Positions 50,124 to 61,700 are shown, counted from the stretch's first letter. The stretch is DNA of 64,000 nucleotides from an uncultured Actinomycetes bacterium (GCA_963824995.1 CAWGRK010000002.1:248001-312000); one strand, 5' to 3'. Notes: generated from the letters alone by a model not told the origin. Numbers and translations are program-made.

Positions 50124-51385
50124 GCGCCTCCACCTCCTTCGTCGACCGGGTCGAGGTCGAGCTCCGCGGAGGCAACGGCGGCGCCGGTGTTGCCGCCTTC
50201 GCCAGGATGGCGGGCAAGCCACGCGGCAAGCCATCGGGCGGATCCGGCGGCCCCGGTGGCGATGTGGTGCTCCGAGCGGACCCCGAGATGGGCACCCTGC
50301 TCGACTACCTGCGACGTCCCCACCGCGCCGCCGGTCACGGCGCCCACGGCCAGGGGGACAATCGCAACGGCAGACGAGGGGATGATCTCGTGCTTCCGGT
50401 GCCCGCAGGAACGGTGGTGCGCCAGTCCGACGGCACGGTGCTCGCCGACCTGGTCGATCCCGAGCAACGTGTCGTAGCCGCGGAGGGTGGACGAGGGGGG
50501 CGGGGCAACGCCGCCCTGGTGTCGCCACGCCACCGCGCCCCTGGCTATGCCGAACAGGGCGAATACGGGGAGGTGATCCGACTCGTCCTCGAGATGAAGC
50601 TGCTCGCCGATGCAGCCCTCGTCGGTTTCCCCAATGCAGGGAAGAGCACCCTGATCTCGGCGGTCTCGGCAGCGCGGCCCAAGGTCGCCGACTACCCGTT
50701 CACCACCCTCGAGCCCCATCTCGGCGTGGTCGAGATCGACGACCGGCAATTCGTTATGGCGGACGTTCCCGGCCTGATCGAGGGCGCCGCCGAAGGCAAG
50801 GGCCTCGGGCACGAGTTTCTACGCCACGTCGAGCGGGCCCGGGCTCTTGTCGTTCTGCTCGACCCCCTCCAGGAGCGATCCCCGGCCGAACAGTTGAAAG
50901 TGCTCTTGTCGGAGTTGACGAGCTACTCGGGCGAGTTGGCACGCCGGCCAAGGGTCACCGTGCTCAACAAGGTGGATGCCATCGATCTCGCTGAGGCGGA
51001 GGGGATCGTCGCAGATCTCCCGTCTCCGGTTCACCTCGTCTCGGCGGCCGCCCACCAGGGGCTTCCCAAGCTGCTGCACGCCATCGCCGATGCGGTCGAC
51101 CAGGCGCGGAGGGAGGCTCCAGAAAGGATCGGTTTCCAGCTTCACCGCCCTATCGGTCCCGGCTTCACGGTGCGGCGGGAAGGCGCGACGTGGGTGGTGG
51201 AAGGGAGGGGAGCGATGCGTGCCGTGGGTTTCGACGACCTCACCCGCCCCGCGGCAGCCGACCGGGCAGCAGGACGGCTGGAAAGGCTCGGGGTGGACGA
51301 GGCGTTGCGGCGTGCCGGGGCGATGCCGGGTGACGAGGTCCGGATAGGCGATCTGGTGTTCGAGTTCGAAGAGGAAGATCGGTGA
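50120..51385 (+). CDS. obgE: GTPase ObgE; probable CTG start overlapping the rpmA stop
   Basis: in-frame [15 protein letters not shown] upstream of the ORF-track start; [23 protein letters not shown]. Confidence 0.93.
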   Translation: MSASTSFVDRVEVELRGGNGGAGVAAFARMAGKPRGKPSGGSGGPGGDVVLRADPEMGTLLDYLRRPHRAAGHGAHGQGDNRNGRRGDDLVLPVPAGTVVRQSDGTVLADLVDPEQRVVAAEGGRGGRGNAALVSPRHRAPGYAEQGEYGEVIRLVLEMKLLADAALVGFPNAGKSTLISAVSAARPKVADYPFTTLEPHLGVVEIDDRQFVMADVPGLIEGAAEGKGLGHEFLRHVERARALVVLLDPLQERSPAEQLKVLLSELTSYSGELARRPRVTVLNKVDAIDLAEAEGIVADLPSPVHLVSAAAHQGLPKLLHAIADAVDQARREAPERIGFQLHRPIGPGFTVRREGATWVVEGRGAMRAVGFDDLTRPAAADRAAGRLERLGVDEALRRAGAMPGDEVRIGDLVFEFEEEDR

Positions 51386-52471
51386 GGCGGCCGGCTGCAC
51401 CCGGCCGGCCGGTCGTGGTCAAGGTCGGCTCATCCAGCCTGGCGCCTACCGGGACCGGTCTCGACCCGGCAGCGTTGCGTCGTGTAGTCGATGGTGTCGC
51501 CGACGCCTGGAGCCGAGGCCACCCCACGGTGCTGGTGACTTCGGGGGCGGTGGCGGTGGGAGTAGCCGCCCTCGGCTGGCCGAACCGGCCCGACGATGCG
51601 GCGACACTCCAGGTGGCGGCAGCGGTGGGACAGTCGCGCCTCATGGAGCGGTACACCGCCGAGTTCGATCGGGTTGGGCGGGTCGCCGGGCAGGTGCTCT
51701 TGGCCGGCGAGGTTTTCGCCGACCGCCGTCAATACCTCCATGCGAAGCGCACCTTGGAGCGGATGGTGGGCAGCGAGGTCGTACCCGTGGTCAACGAGAA
51801 CGACGCCGTGTCGCTCGACGAGCTTCGGTTCGGCGACAACGACAGGCTGGCTGCCCTGGTGGCTCACCTGGTCGGTGCCACCCTGCTGGTGATGTTGACC
51901 GACACGTCCGGACTGCTCTCCGCCGACCCCAGGTTCGACAGTGAGGCACGGTTGATAGACGCCGTCAGACACAGCGACGAGGTACTCGACCAGGTCGGCT
52001 TTGGCAGCTCGGGGCCGCTCGGTTCCGGGGGAGTGGCCACCAAAGTGGCGGCGGGCGCGCATCGCGGCGTGGTCCGGGATCCCGACGGTGGTGGGACCGG
52101 CGGCCGACGACGACACCATCCGGGCGGCGCTGGCAGCGGAACCGGTTGGGACGTGGGTCGACCCCCGTCCCCGGCCGCTCCCCGCCCGCAAGCTGTGGAT
52201 AGCGTTCGGCCGCCGCTCCGAAGGCTCGGTGCGGATCGACGCCGGGGCTGTCCGGGCACTGGTCGAGCAGGGCCGCTCGCTCCTGCCGGTCGGGATCGTC
52301 GAGGTGGGCGGTGACTTCGAGGCCGGCGACGCGGTGGACGTGCTCGGGCCCGACGGCGTCGTCGTGGCGAAGGGTCTTGCCCGTCTCGCTGCCACCGATT
52401 TGAGCCGCCTCGCCGGCCACCGGGGCACCGAGACGATCCACCGTGACGATCTGGTGATCCTCGCCGGCTGA
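51382..52471 (+). CDS. proB: glutamate 5-kinase; frameshift near 52053
   Basis: VVKVGSS, VTSGAV, VNEND, FGDNDRL; PUA-like C-terminus in shifted frame ending IHRDDLV. Confidence 0.92.
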
Positions 52472-52506
52472 GAGGGCGCCATATGGACCACCGGTACACT
52501 CGCACG

Positions 52507-53750
52507 ATGATCGATGCCATCGGTGAACGGGCGCGTGGTCGCCACGCGCCGGCTCGCCAGGACCACGACCGAGTCGAAGAACGCAGCGCTCCTCGCAATG
52601 GCGCAACATCTCGAGAACGAAACCGAAGCAGTGCTCGAGGCGAACGGCGCCGACGTGGCCAGGGCGGAGGAGGATGGGATCTCCCAGGCCCTCTTGGACC
52701 GACTCCGTCTCGACCGTTCCCGGCTGGCGGCTATGGCGGCCGGGCTTCGATCGATTGCCGCTCTTCCCGACCCGGTGGGTGAGGTCACCGCAGGGTGGCG
52801 ATTGCCCAACGGTCTCGAAGTAACCCGGATCCGGGTCCCGCTCGGCGTGGTGGCGGTGATCTATGAAGCGAGGCCCAACGTCACCTCCGACGCCGCCGGA
52901 CTGTGTCTCAAGTCGGGAAACGCCGCCCTGCTGCCGCGGTTCGTCCACCGCATTGCGCTCCAACCTGGCGATCGGCCAAGCCCTTCGCGCCGGCCTCGCC
53001 GACGCCGACGTACCCGAGGATGCGGTCCAGGTCCTCGAGGACACATCACGAGAGGGTGCGCGGGAGTTGCTACGGGCAAGACGCTGGGTAGACCTCCTGG
53101 TCCCGCGTGGTGGCCCTGGGCTCCTCGCCCAGATCGAAGCGGAGGCGACGGTCCCCGTGGTGATCGACGGCGCCGGGAATTGCCATGTCTATGTTGATGA
53201 GGCCGCCGACCTCGACCAGGCGGTTTCGGTGGTGGTCAACGCCAAGACCCACCGCCCCGGCGTTTGCAACGCAGCCGAGAAACTCCTCGTCCACCAGTCT
53301 GTGGCTGCGGAGTTCCTGCCACGGGTGGCAAAGGAGCTGGGAGATGCCGGAGTCGAGTTGCGCGGCGATCCCGCGGCAAGGGAGATCGTCCCCGAGATGG
53401 GTGCGGCCACCGACGAGGACTGGGACACCGAGTACCTCGATCTGGTGATGGCGGTGAGGGTGGTTCCCGATCTCGACGCGGCTGTCGAGCATGTACTTGC
53501 TCATGGCAGTGGACACACCGAAGCGATCGTCACCCAGGACATATCGGCGGCAGACGCCTTTGTGGGACGCACCGATAGCGCGGTGGTGATGGTCAACGCC
53601 TCCACCCGGTTCACCGATGGCGAGCAGTTCGGGTTTGGCGCCGAGATCGGGATCTCGACCCAGAAGCTGCACGTGCGAGGGCCGATGGGGCTCGTCGCCC
53701 TCACCACGGAGCGTTACGTAGTCCGGGGCGAGGGGCAGGTGCGGTTGTGA
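52507..53750 (+). CDS. proA: glutamate-5-semialdehyde dehydrogenase; frameshifts near 52537 and 52934
   Basis: [54 protein letters not shown] spread over three frames. Confidence 0.92.
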
Positions 53751-54643
53751 CCCCCCTCGCGGCCGACGGTCCGGCCGCGGTTCGGGCGAAGCTGGGCGAG
53801 GCCGGGTATCTGGCCGACGAGCGCATCGCCCAGGTGGTGTTCCTGGCCGAACGACTGGGGAAGCCGATCCTGGTCGAGGGCCCGGCCGGTGTGGGCAAGA
53901 CCGAACTGGCCAAGTCGCTTGCCAGGGCCCAGGATCGCCGCCTAATCCGGCTCCAGTGCTACGAAGGACTCGACGAGGCCAAGGCCCTCTACGAGTGGAA
54001 CTACAAGAAGCAGTTGCTCCGCATCGAGGCTGACGAGCAGCACGACTGGGGCAAGCTGGAGCACGACATCTTCTCGGAGGATTTCCTGCTGGAGCGGCCT
54101 CTGCTCGAGGCGATCCGCTCGGAGGCGCCGGTGGTCCTGCTGGTCGACGAGGTCGATCGGGTCGAGGTAGAGACCGAGGCGCTGTTGCTCGAGGTGCTGT
54201 CCGACTTCCAGGTCTCGATCCCCGAGCTCGGGACCATCACCGCCGCCACCCGCCCCACCGTTGTGCTGACCTCGAACAACACCCGTGAGCTCTCGGAGGC
54301 GCTCAAGCGGCGCTGCCTTTTCCTTCACATCGGTTATCCCACCCGTGAGCGGGAGCGGGAGATCCTCACGGTCCGGGTGCCTGGGATCCCACCGCACCTC
54401 GCCGATCAGGTGGCGCAGGTGGTTCAATCGGTGCGTCAGATCGACCTGAAGAAGTCGCCGTCGGTCTCGGAGACCATCGACTGGGCCCGCACCCTCATCG
54501 CGCTCGGGATCGAACGGGTGGATGAGGAGGCGATCTCCTCCACGCTGCACGTGCTTCTCAAGCATCAGAGCGACGTGGAGAAGGTCGCCAAGGAGTTCTC
54601 GCTGCAGGACCCGCCACTGGGCCCGGTCACCGAGCCGGATTGA
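53747..54643 (+). CDS. MoxR family AAA ATPase (CoxD-like)
   Basis: EGPAGVGKTELAK, RLQCYEGLD, LVDEVDR, LSEALKRRC. Confidence 0.9.
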   Translation: MTPLAADGPAAVRAKLGEAGYLADERIAQVVFLAERLGKPILVEGPAGVGKTELAKSLARAQDRRLIRLQCYEGLDEAKALYEWNYKKQLLRIEADEQHDWGKLEHDIFSEDFLLERPLLEAIRSEAPVVLLVDEVDRVEVETEALLLEVLSDFQVSIPELGTITAATRPTVVLTSNNTRELSEALKRRCLFLHIGYPTREREREILTVRVPGIPPHLADQVAQVVQSVRQIDLKKSPSVSETIDWARTLIALGIERVDEEAISSTLHVLLKHQSDVEKVAKEFSLQDPPLGPVTEPD

Positions 54644-54649
54644 CCGACG

Positions 54650-56083
54650 ATGATCGAAACGATGATCGCCTTCATCGACGAGTTGCGTGCCGTCGGTGTT
54701 CCGGTCTCGATGGTGGAGGCGATCGACGCCCTCGCCGCCCTCGAGCACGTGGACCTCGGCGACCGGTCAGCGTTCAAGCACACCCTCGGCGCCACCATGA
54801 TCAAGAACGAGCGGCACTACGAGGCATTCGATGCCGCCTTCGAGGCCTTCTTCGCCCTCCACAGGGACCGGCCCGACCGACCCGCCCCGGACGAACAGAC
54901 CGGTTCGCCAGCGCAGCAGCCGATGACCGGTCAAGGCGCGGGAACAGCAGATCTCGAGGAGTTGGCTAGGGCGATCATGGAAGCTCTCAGCGCCCAGGAT
55001 TGGGCGATGCTCGGCGCTGGGGCTCAGGAGGCGGTCCGGCGCCTCGCCGGGATCGAGCCGGGGCGGCCCGTGGGTGGCACCTACTACCTATATCGCACCC
55101 TGCGGCGCCTCGACGTCGACGGGATGATGGAGCGATTGCTCGACGAGGCAGGAGTGGGCGCCGGGAGCCTCAGCCCACTCGAGGAGAGGCTGCTGCGCGA
55201 GGAGATGGAACGTCGCATCGACCGGCTACGCAGCGAATTGCAGGCCGAGATCAGACGCTTGCTCGTGGCCGACCGCGGGCGGGAAGCGGTCGCTCGCACC
55301 CTTCGGTCCCCGCTGCTCGAAGACATCGACCTGATGCACGCCACCAGACACGATCTGGCCAGAGTGGAGAAGGCGATCCGACCCTTGACCAGAAAGCTGG
55401 CGGCACGACTCGCTCAGAAGCGGAAGAGGCGGCGAGCGGGCCGGCTCGACTTCAGACGCACCATGAGGCGGGCCCTCGCCACCGGTGGTGTCCCCTTCGA
55501 ACCCGTCTTCCGTTCCCCGAACCCGCACAAACCCGACATCGTCCTGCTTTGTGACGTCTCCGGGTCGATGGCGACCTTCGCCCGCTTCACCCTGCAGTTC
55601 ACCTATGCGATGTCCGGCCAGTTCTCCAAGGTGCGCTCCTTTGCCTTCATCGACGGGGTCGACGAGGTCACCGGGTTCTTCGAGGCGGGGGGGGATTTCG
55701 CCAGGTCGATGGAGAGGATCACCACCGAAGCGGAGGTGGTGTGGCTCGACGGCCACTCGGACTACGGCAACGCGTTGGAGCGGTTCGGGCAACGTTTTGC
55801 CGACGCGGTCACCCCGAGATCGACGGTGATCATCACCGGCGATGCCCGCAGCAACTACCGAAATCCCCGGCCGCAGATGCTGGCCGCCCTCGCCCAGTCG
55901 GCCCGGGCCCTCTACTGGCTCAACCCCGAGCCCCGGGCCTATTGGGACACCGGCGACTCGGTGATGTCCGCCTACGCACCGTTCTGCGATGGCGTCCACG
56001 AGGTGCGCAACCTCAGGCAACTCGAGGCATTCGTCGAACAGGTTGCGCTCCCGGCGCCGGGGCGGCTGCGATTGGCGGTCTAG
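54650..56083 (+). CDS. VWA domain protein (CoxE-like)
   Basis: LDFRRTMRR, CDVSGSM (MIDAS), GDARSNY, YWLNPE. Confidence 0.88.
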   Translation: MIETMIAFIDELRAVGVPVSMVEAIDALAALEHVDLGDRSAFKHTLGATMIKNERHYEAFDAAFEAFFALHRDRPDRPAPDEQTGSPAQQPMTGQGAGTADLEELARAIMEALSAQDWAMLGAGAQEAVRRLAGIEPGRPVGGTYYLYRTLRRLDVDGMMERLLDEAGVGAGSLSPLEERLLREEMERRIDRLRSELQAEIRRLLVADRGREAVARTLRSPLLEDIDLMHATRHDLARVEKAIRPLTRKLAARLAQKRKRRRAGRLDFRRTMRRALATGGVPFEPVFRSPNPHKPDIVLLCDVSGSMATFARFTLQFTYAMSGQFSKVRSFAFIDGVDEVTGFFEAGGDFARSMERITTEAEVVWLDGHSDYGNALERFGQRFADAVTPRSTVIITGDARSNYRNPRPQMLAALAQSARALYWLNPEPRAYWDTGDSVMSAYAPFCDGVHEVRNLRQLEAFVEQVALPAPGRLRLAV

Positions 56084-56119
56084 CCCGGGGGAGAGACGTT
56101 GGATCGGTAGGTTGATCCC

Positions 56120-56566
56120 ATGGCACCACAAGATGAGTTGATGACGCTCGTCGGCGAAGTGATCGGCGTCAGCGATTGGCAGGTGATCGACCAAGACCGG
56201 ATCGACGCCTTCGCCGACGCCACCGGCGACCACCAGTGGATCCACGTCGATCGTGAACGAGCGGCCCAGGGACCATTCGGCGGGACCATCGCCCACGGCT
56301 ACCTCACCCTCTCGCTGCTCCCGGCGCTGCTCGCCGATCAGGAGTTGCCCGTCCCCACTCCCAGGATGGGGATCAATTACGGGCTCGACAGGACCCGCTT
56401 CATCACTCCGGTCCCCTCAGGGAGCAGAGTGCGCGCCCGAACCCGACTCGACGAGGTGACCGAGGTTCCCGGAGGCGTCCAACTGAAGCGAACGGTCACC
56501 GTCGAATTGGAGGGATCCGAGAAGCCTGCGCTAGTCGCGGAGACTCTCACAAGACTTTTGTGGTGA
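56120..56566 (+). CDS. MaoC family dehydratase
   Basis: FADATGDHQWIHVD, IAHGYLTLSL, INYG. Confidence 0.92.
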   Translation: MAPQDELMTLVGEVIGVSDWQVIDQDRIDAFADATGDHQWIHVDRERAAQGPFGGTIAHGYLTLSLLPALLADQELPVPTPRMGINYGLDRTRFITPVPSGSRVRARTRLDEVTEVPGGVQLKRTVTVELEGSEKPALVAETLTRLLW

Positions 56567-56713
56567 TTGCCCGGCGGCAGGCCGCCGGGCATGTCAATCG
56601 TGCGGCCCTTCGGGCCGCGCAGACTTGTGCTGGTCGGGCCGTACACGCCGCCCCGACCAGGCCGAGGGGGACTGGCGGGAGCCACCCCCCTTGGACACCC
56701 CCCACAGGGCGGG

Positions 56714-56741
56714 CTTCCGCCTTCCGCCTTCCACCTTCCGT
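56714..56741. repeat. heptamer tandem repeat CTTCCGC x4
   Basis: CTTCCGC CTTCCGC CTTCCAC CTTCCGT between convergent genes. Confidence 0.75.
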
Positions 56742-56758
56742 CTAGCGACGAAAGTCGC

Positions 56759-57469
56759 TCATGCCAGGCTTCTGCCTCCGCCAACGACGATCACCTCACC
56801 GGTGAGATAGGTGGAGGAATCGGAAACGAGGAAGGCGGCCAGGTCGGCGACCTCCTCGGGTTCGCCCATCCTTCCCAGAGGGATGGCATCGACCATCTTC
56901 TTCCTCACGTCGGACGGGATCGCCATGGTCATCTCGGTACCGATGAGCCCGGGGGCGATGGCGTTGACGCGGACGCCGGGGGCCAGTTCCAGTGCCAGGG
57001 CCCGGGTCATCCCCACGACCCCACCCTTGGAGACGCTGTAGTTGTACTGGCCGAAGTTGCCCAGATAGGCGCGTGAGGCAAGGCTCACCACGGCGGCGCC
57101 CTCGTCGAACAGCGGGGCCAATTCGACGGTGAGCTGATAGGTCGCTCCCAGGTTGACGTCGAGCACGGCGGTGAACGCCTCTTCGCTCATGTTGACCAGC
57201 CGAGAGTCACGGGTGATCCCCGCGTTGTTGACCAGCGCCCCCAGTCCCCCGGCGCTCTCCGCCATATGCCTCACCTCGCGGCGGGCGCTGGCCGCGGTGA
57301 GATCCACCTGGGCGGCCGAGACCTCGTTGCCGCCCTCTTCCAGCTCGGCGACCACCTCGGCCAGCCGGGGGGACAAGTCAGCGAGGATCAGCCTCATCCC
57401 ATCGGCGGCGAACCTCCGGGCGATGGCGCGCCCGATGCCGGTGGCAGCGCCGGTGATGACTGCGTTCAT
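56759..57469 (-). CDS. SDR family oxidoreductase (FabG-like)
   Basis: TGAATGIG, NNAGITRD, YSVSK (YxxxK), VNAIAPG. Confidence 0.92.
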   Translation of the reverse strand: MNAVITGAATGIGRAIARRFAADGMRLILADLSPRLAEVVAELEEGGNEVSAAQVDLTAASARREVRHMAESAGGLGALVNNAGITRDSRLVNMSEEAFTAVLDVNLGATYQLTVELAPLFDEGAAVVSLASRAYLGNFGQYNYSVSKGGVVGMTRALALELAPGVRVNAIAPGLIGTEMTMAIPSDVRKKMVDAIPLGRMGEPEEVADLAAFLVSDSSTYLTGEVIVVGGGRSLA

Positions 57470-57897
57470 GCCAGGGCCTTGCCGATGTGAGCACTCCCGA
57501 GGTGAATCAACTCGCCGCTCGGCCCGCCCGGCTCGACGAGTCGGGCCACCCACGCCGCCACTGTCTCTGCTGTGGTGCCTTCCTCGACTGCGAGTACGTT
57601 CACCGGCACACCGGACCTGCGCCCCTCGATCGCTGCCGTGCGCGCTCCCGAGAGCAGACCGCATGCCGCCATCGCCTGCGGCGCACCTCGACGCCCCAAC
57701 AGGTCGTCGCCATGGACGATCACCACGACCGGTATGCCGGCAACGGCGGCTTCTTTGGTGGTGACAAATGCTTCGACCAGGGCTGCCCGTGCTGCCTCCC
57801 ATGTCTCGATCCGGCCCGCGGGCGGCGCGACCACCACCACCGACGCCGGGTCGAGGCCTGCCGCGGCCAGGAGTTCGGCAGTGGGTCGCACGATCAA
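57466..57897 (-). CDS. hypothetical protein resembling a degenerate SDR half-domain
   Basis: overlaps both neighbours by 4 nt; ARTAAIE...GVPVNVL resembles an SDR C-terminal half without YxxxK. Confidence 0.55.
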   Translation of the reverse strand: MIVRPTAELLAAAGLDPASVVVVAPPAGRIETWEAARAALVEAFVTTKEAAVAGIPVVVIVHGDDLLGRRGAPQAMAACGLLSGARTAAIEGRRSGVPVNVLAVEEGTTAETVAAWVARLVEPGGPSGELIHLGSAHIGKALA

Positions 57898-59034
57898 ACC
57901 GCCTCCCCTCCGATCTCACCAATGCCAAGCTCGGCCAGCACCTCGGCGTTATGCTCGCCCAGCCTGGGCGGAGGGAGCGAGGCCCGTGCCGGTGCTGAAT
58001 CGATTCGGAGCGGCGTGCCGGTCGTCCGTATCGGCGCGCGGGTCGGTGATCTCCACCACCATCTCGTTGAACTGCACCTGAGGGTCGGCGAAGACCTCAG
58101 GCAAGGTGAGGACATTCCCCGCAGGCAGGCCGGCACCGACCAGCAGGTCGACCCACTCGGCTGCCGGTCGGGTACGGAAGACTGCCTCCAGTTCGGCGGC
58201 TATGTGTGCTCTTGCTGCCATCCTCTCCTCGTTCCCCGAGTAGGCGGCCGACAGATCGGGCCTGTCGATGACATCGCACAGAATTGTGAAATGCCGGTCG
58301 GAGGTGACCGCAAGGGTCAGGTGCCTATCGGCGGCGGCGAGCACCTGGTTTGGAGCCAGGTAGGGGGAGGCAGTCCCGGTACGGGGAGGCTGCGCACCGT
58401 CTGCGAAGTGGAGTGCATTCCACCCTGACTGGACGGCGATAAGAGCGTCGCGTACCGCCACCTCCACCCTGCGGCCGGCCCCTTCCTTCAATGCGGCGGC
58501 GATGCCGGCGGCGATGTGTGCGGCAGCGACGTAGTCACCGATGGTGGTGGCGGTCTTCTGCGGCGAGTCGCCCGGATGACCTGTGATCGAGATCATCCCC
58601 GACTCGCCCTGGAAGACCACGTCGATTCCGGACCGATCGGCGTACGGCCCGTCGCTCCCAAAGGCGGTGACCACGGCATACACCACGCCGGGGTTGTCGC
58701 GCCGCACCTCGTCCTCGCCGAGTCCCATCCGCTCCATGGCACCGGCGCGCAGGTTGTGCAGCACCACGTCGGCGGTGGCGGCAAGTCGTGCCAGCGCGGC
58801 CCGGGCTTGCGGCTGCTTGGGGTCGAGGCAGACCGACTTCTTGCCCCGGTTCATCGCCACGAAGAAGACCGATTGTCCGTCTACATACGGGCCGAACCCG
58901 CGGGAGAGATCGCCCCCTGGCGGCTCCACCTTGATGACATCGGCCCCCAGATCGGCGAGCAACAAACCGGCGTATGGGGCGGCGACAAGGTTGGCCACCT
59001 CCATGACCCGTACCCCCGAGAGCGGTGCGGTCAC
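57894..59034 (-). CDS. CaiB/BaiF family CoA transferase; frameshift near 58035
   Basis: LADLGADVIKVEPPGGD, NRGKKS, FGSDGPY; shifted frame ends PPPRLGEHNAEVLAELG. Confidence 0.9.
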
Positions 59035-60236
59035 ACCCGCTCGATCACGAGAGCGATCCCCTGGCCGACCCCGATGCACATGGTCGCCAACCCGTAGCGC
59101 CCTCCGCGGCGGGTCATCTCATGGACGAGGGTCGTGAGGATCCGGGCACCGGAAGCGCCCAGAGGGTGCCCGAGGGCGATGCCCCCACCGTTGACGTTGA
59201 CCCGGTCGGGGTCGAGCTTGAGCTCACCTATGCACGCCAGAGCCTGGGCGGCGAACGCCTCGTTGAGTTCGATCAGGTCGAGGTCGGCTGCGGTGAGCCC
59301 CGCTCGATCGAGCGCCTTGCGTGTTGCCGGGACCGGCCCGATCCCCATCACGTCCGGATGAACTCCCGCCGCCGCCGACGCCATCACCCGTGCCATCGGC
59401 TCCAACCGGTGACGGTCGAGCCCCTCCTCGGTGGCGAGCAACAAGGCGGCGGCACCGTCGTTCATCGGTGAGGAGTTTCCTGCGGTGACCGTCCCGCCCT
59501 CCCGGAAGACTGGGCGGAGCGATGAGAGCGCCTCGAGTGAGGTATCGGGTCGGGGTCCCTCGTCGGCGGTCAACGGCGTCGTGGTCCGACGGCGTTGGTC
59601 GGTAGGGGCCTCGATCGGTTCAAGTTCGGCTTGGAACCTCCCGTCCTGCTGCGCCGCTACCGCCTTCTGGTGGCTGGCGAGGGCGAAGCCGTCCTGCTGC
59701 TCCCGGTCCACTCCGTATCGCTCGGCGACGACCTCGGCGGTCTCGCCCATCGCCAGCAAGCCGTGGATCTCGGCCATTCTCGGGTTGACCAACCGCCAGC
59801 CGAGCGTGGTGTCCACCGTCTCGGGAGCTCCCGTGGGGAAGGCGCGGTCGGGCTTGGCTATCACCCACGGCGCCCGGCTCATCGACTCAGAGCCCCCGGC
59901 CAGCATCACGTCACCCCACCCCCCGGCAAGGGCGTGCGAGGCGGTCACCACCGCCTGCAGCCCCGATCCGCAAAGCCGGTTGACCGTTGCACCAGGGACG
60001 CTGTCGGGCAGACCGGCGAGCAGCACAGCCATCCGGGCGACGTTGCGGTTGTCCTCGCCCGCCTGGTTGGCGGCGCCCCACATCACGTCCTCGATGGCTT
60101 CGACGGCCAGCGAGGGATTTCGCTCGACAAGTCTGCGGATCGCATGCGCCGCGAGGTCGTCCGGCCTGACATGGGCGAGTTGACCGCCGATTCTCCCGAT
60201 GGGAGTGCGGCATGCATCGACTATGAATACGTCCAC
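59031..60236 (-). CDS. acetyl-CoA C-acyltransferase (thiolase, PcaF/PaaJ-like)
   Basis: [41 protein letters not shown]. Confidence 0.93.
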   Translation of the reverse strand: MDVFIVDACRTPIGRIGGQLAHVRPDDLAAHAIRRLVERNPSLAVEAIEDVMWGAANQAGEDNRNVARMAVLLAGLPDSVPGATVNRLCGSGLQAVVTASHALAGGWGDVMLAGGSESMSRAPWVIAKPDRAFPTGAPETVDTTLGWRLVNPRMAEIHGLLAMGETAEVVAERYGVDREQQDGFALASHQKAVAAQQDGRFQAELEPIEAPTDQRRRTTTPLTADEGPRPDTSLEALSSLRPVFREGGTVTAGNSSPMNDGAAALLLATEEGLDRHRLEPMARVMASAAAGVHPDVMGIGPVPATRKALDRAGLTAADLDLIELNEAFAAQALACIGELKLDPDRVNVNGGGIALGHPLGASGARILTTLVHEMTRRGGRYGLATMCIGVGQGIALVIERV

Positions 60237-60328
60237 CGGTCGGCTCCTGGTCGCCCTGCAATGACAGTTTGGTCGTTTCGACCTCCAGACGCCGAGCGCG
60301 CCTAGCGGTACGGAACCCCCGGAACCGG

Positions 60329-61643
60329 TCACGGCGGTCCCGGCCCCACGGTGTAGACGTGTCCGAGTCGACTGGTCCATCGGAAGACGCCGGGTTCGAT
60401 CTGCTCCAGCTTCCACTCCCCCTCGTGCTTCAACCGATGATGGTGACGGCACAGCGGCCCGAGGTTGGTGACGTCGGTCGATCCGCCCTGGGCGAAGTCC
60501 CTGGTGTGGTCGATGTCGGAGTCCATCGCCGGCATCCGGCACCCGGGGAACACACAGCGTCGGTTGCGTGCCTCGAGATAGCGGCGTTGGGTGAGGTTGG
60601 GTCGGCGGCGGGTGATCCCGTTCCAGGCAACCAACCCGCTCTCCGGGTCGGTGACGGTGACCCGCCACTCCGAGTCGTGCTGGCTGGCGGCCACCCGGCG
60701 GGCGACGTCGGCCACGATCGGCCCGAACCCGGGGATCTCGCCTGGGTTGGAGTCGAGCCCGGCGAGGGTGGTGAGGTCGATGTGGAGGTCGACCACCCCC
60801 CGGCGCCCCTTGGTGGAGCGGTCCCCACAGAGGCGGTCCAAGAGGAGGTCGCTGCGCAACTGGTCGATGCTGCGGGGATCCCCCGCCCGCTTCGGCCATA
60901 TGGGCCTCGGCGTCGAGGGTGCGCATGCAGGCCACCGCCCGCTCGGCGGGGAGGTTGCAGGCAACGAGGTCTGCGGTCCCCTCGGCGTTGGGGAGACACA
61001 TCACCCGCCGTTCCTCCACCGCCGCCTGGTAGCGCCTGGCGGCCTCCTCGGGTTGCACGGAGAGGGCCAGCCGCCGCACCCGGGCTCCGAGTTGTCCGGT
61101 GGTGAGGTCCTCTGCCTGCTCCAACACGGCGTCGGCCACACGGCGGGCCTCTGTCTCCTCCAGGTGACAGGTGCTCTCACAGATCACCCGGGCCCGGGCC
61201 AGATCTATCCGACCCTGGAGAAGGGCCTGCCCGACCCCGGGGAGCCGCTCGAAGAGATCGAGTGCCAGCCCGAGGTGGCTGTCGGCGGCTCTCCTGGTGA
61301 GACAGAGGGCCGCTCCGATCTCCTCGGCGGCGAACCCGTCGATCGCTGGCACCCGCTCCGCCGAGGTGGGATCGGAGGAGCAGTGGGCCACCTCGGCCAT
61401 GGCGGCGTAGAGCTCTGCTTGGTAGAAGGCGACCTGGCGGGCCAGCACCTGCAGCAGCGTGACCACGTCGTCACCGCTCAGAGAGGACCGGTCGATGCCT
61501 CCCAGGACCACTCCGAGCTCGGGACCGGGCGGCATCTCCGCCAAGCCCTCCGGGAGCGGCACCGCTCTGGGATCAGAGCGGTCCTCGAGCCAGTTCGGCG
61601 CTTCCCCAAGCAATGTCATCATCATCTCCGCAACGCGGTTCAC
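60329..61643 (-). CDS. DUF222 (13E12-like) HNH endonuclease; frameshift near 60895; start may be 61619
   Basis: EIGAALCLT, ALLQGRID, IPGFGP; RNRRCVFPGC, DIDH, NLGPLCRHHHRLKH. Confidence 0.85.
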
Positions 61644-61660
61644 AGTGGGGAAGAGCGTTC

Positions 61661-61683
61661 AACGTACCACCGGGCTACGACAA
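61661..61683 (-). promoter_or_regulatory. RecA-NDp/PafBC-like promoter of the DUF222-HNH gene
   Basis: minus strand TTGTCGT-AGCCCGGTGG-TACGTT. Confidence 0.65.
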
Positions 61684-61684
61684 A

Positions 61685-61700
61685 CCGAACACCTGTTCGG
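61685..61700. promoter_or_regulatory. LexA SOS box
   Basis: CCGAAC-ACCT-GTTCGG matches the Gram-positive GAAC-N4-GTTC box. Confidence 0.8.

Noticed and set aside
38027..53750. Pseudogenes or programmed frameshifts in clpX, rne, proB and proA
   Set aside because: Single extra bases with no other decay and no slippery or SD signals; assembly error is more likely
59031..61643. 870-aa DUF222-thiolase fusion ORF
   Set aside because: Artefact of the frameshift near 60895; the HNH domain is in another frame with its own stop at 60329, and the thiolase has its own RBS and GTG at 60236
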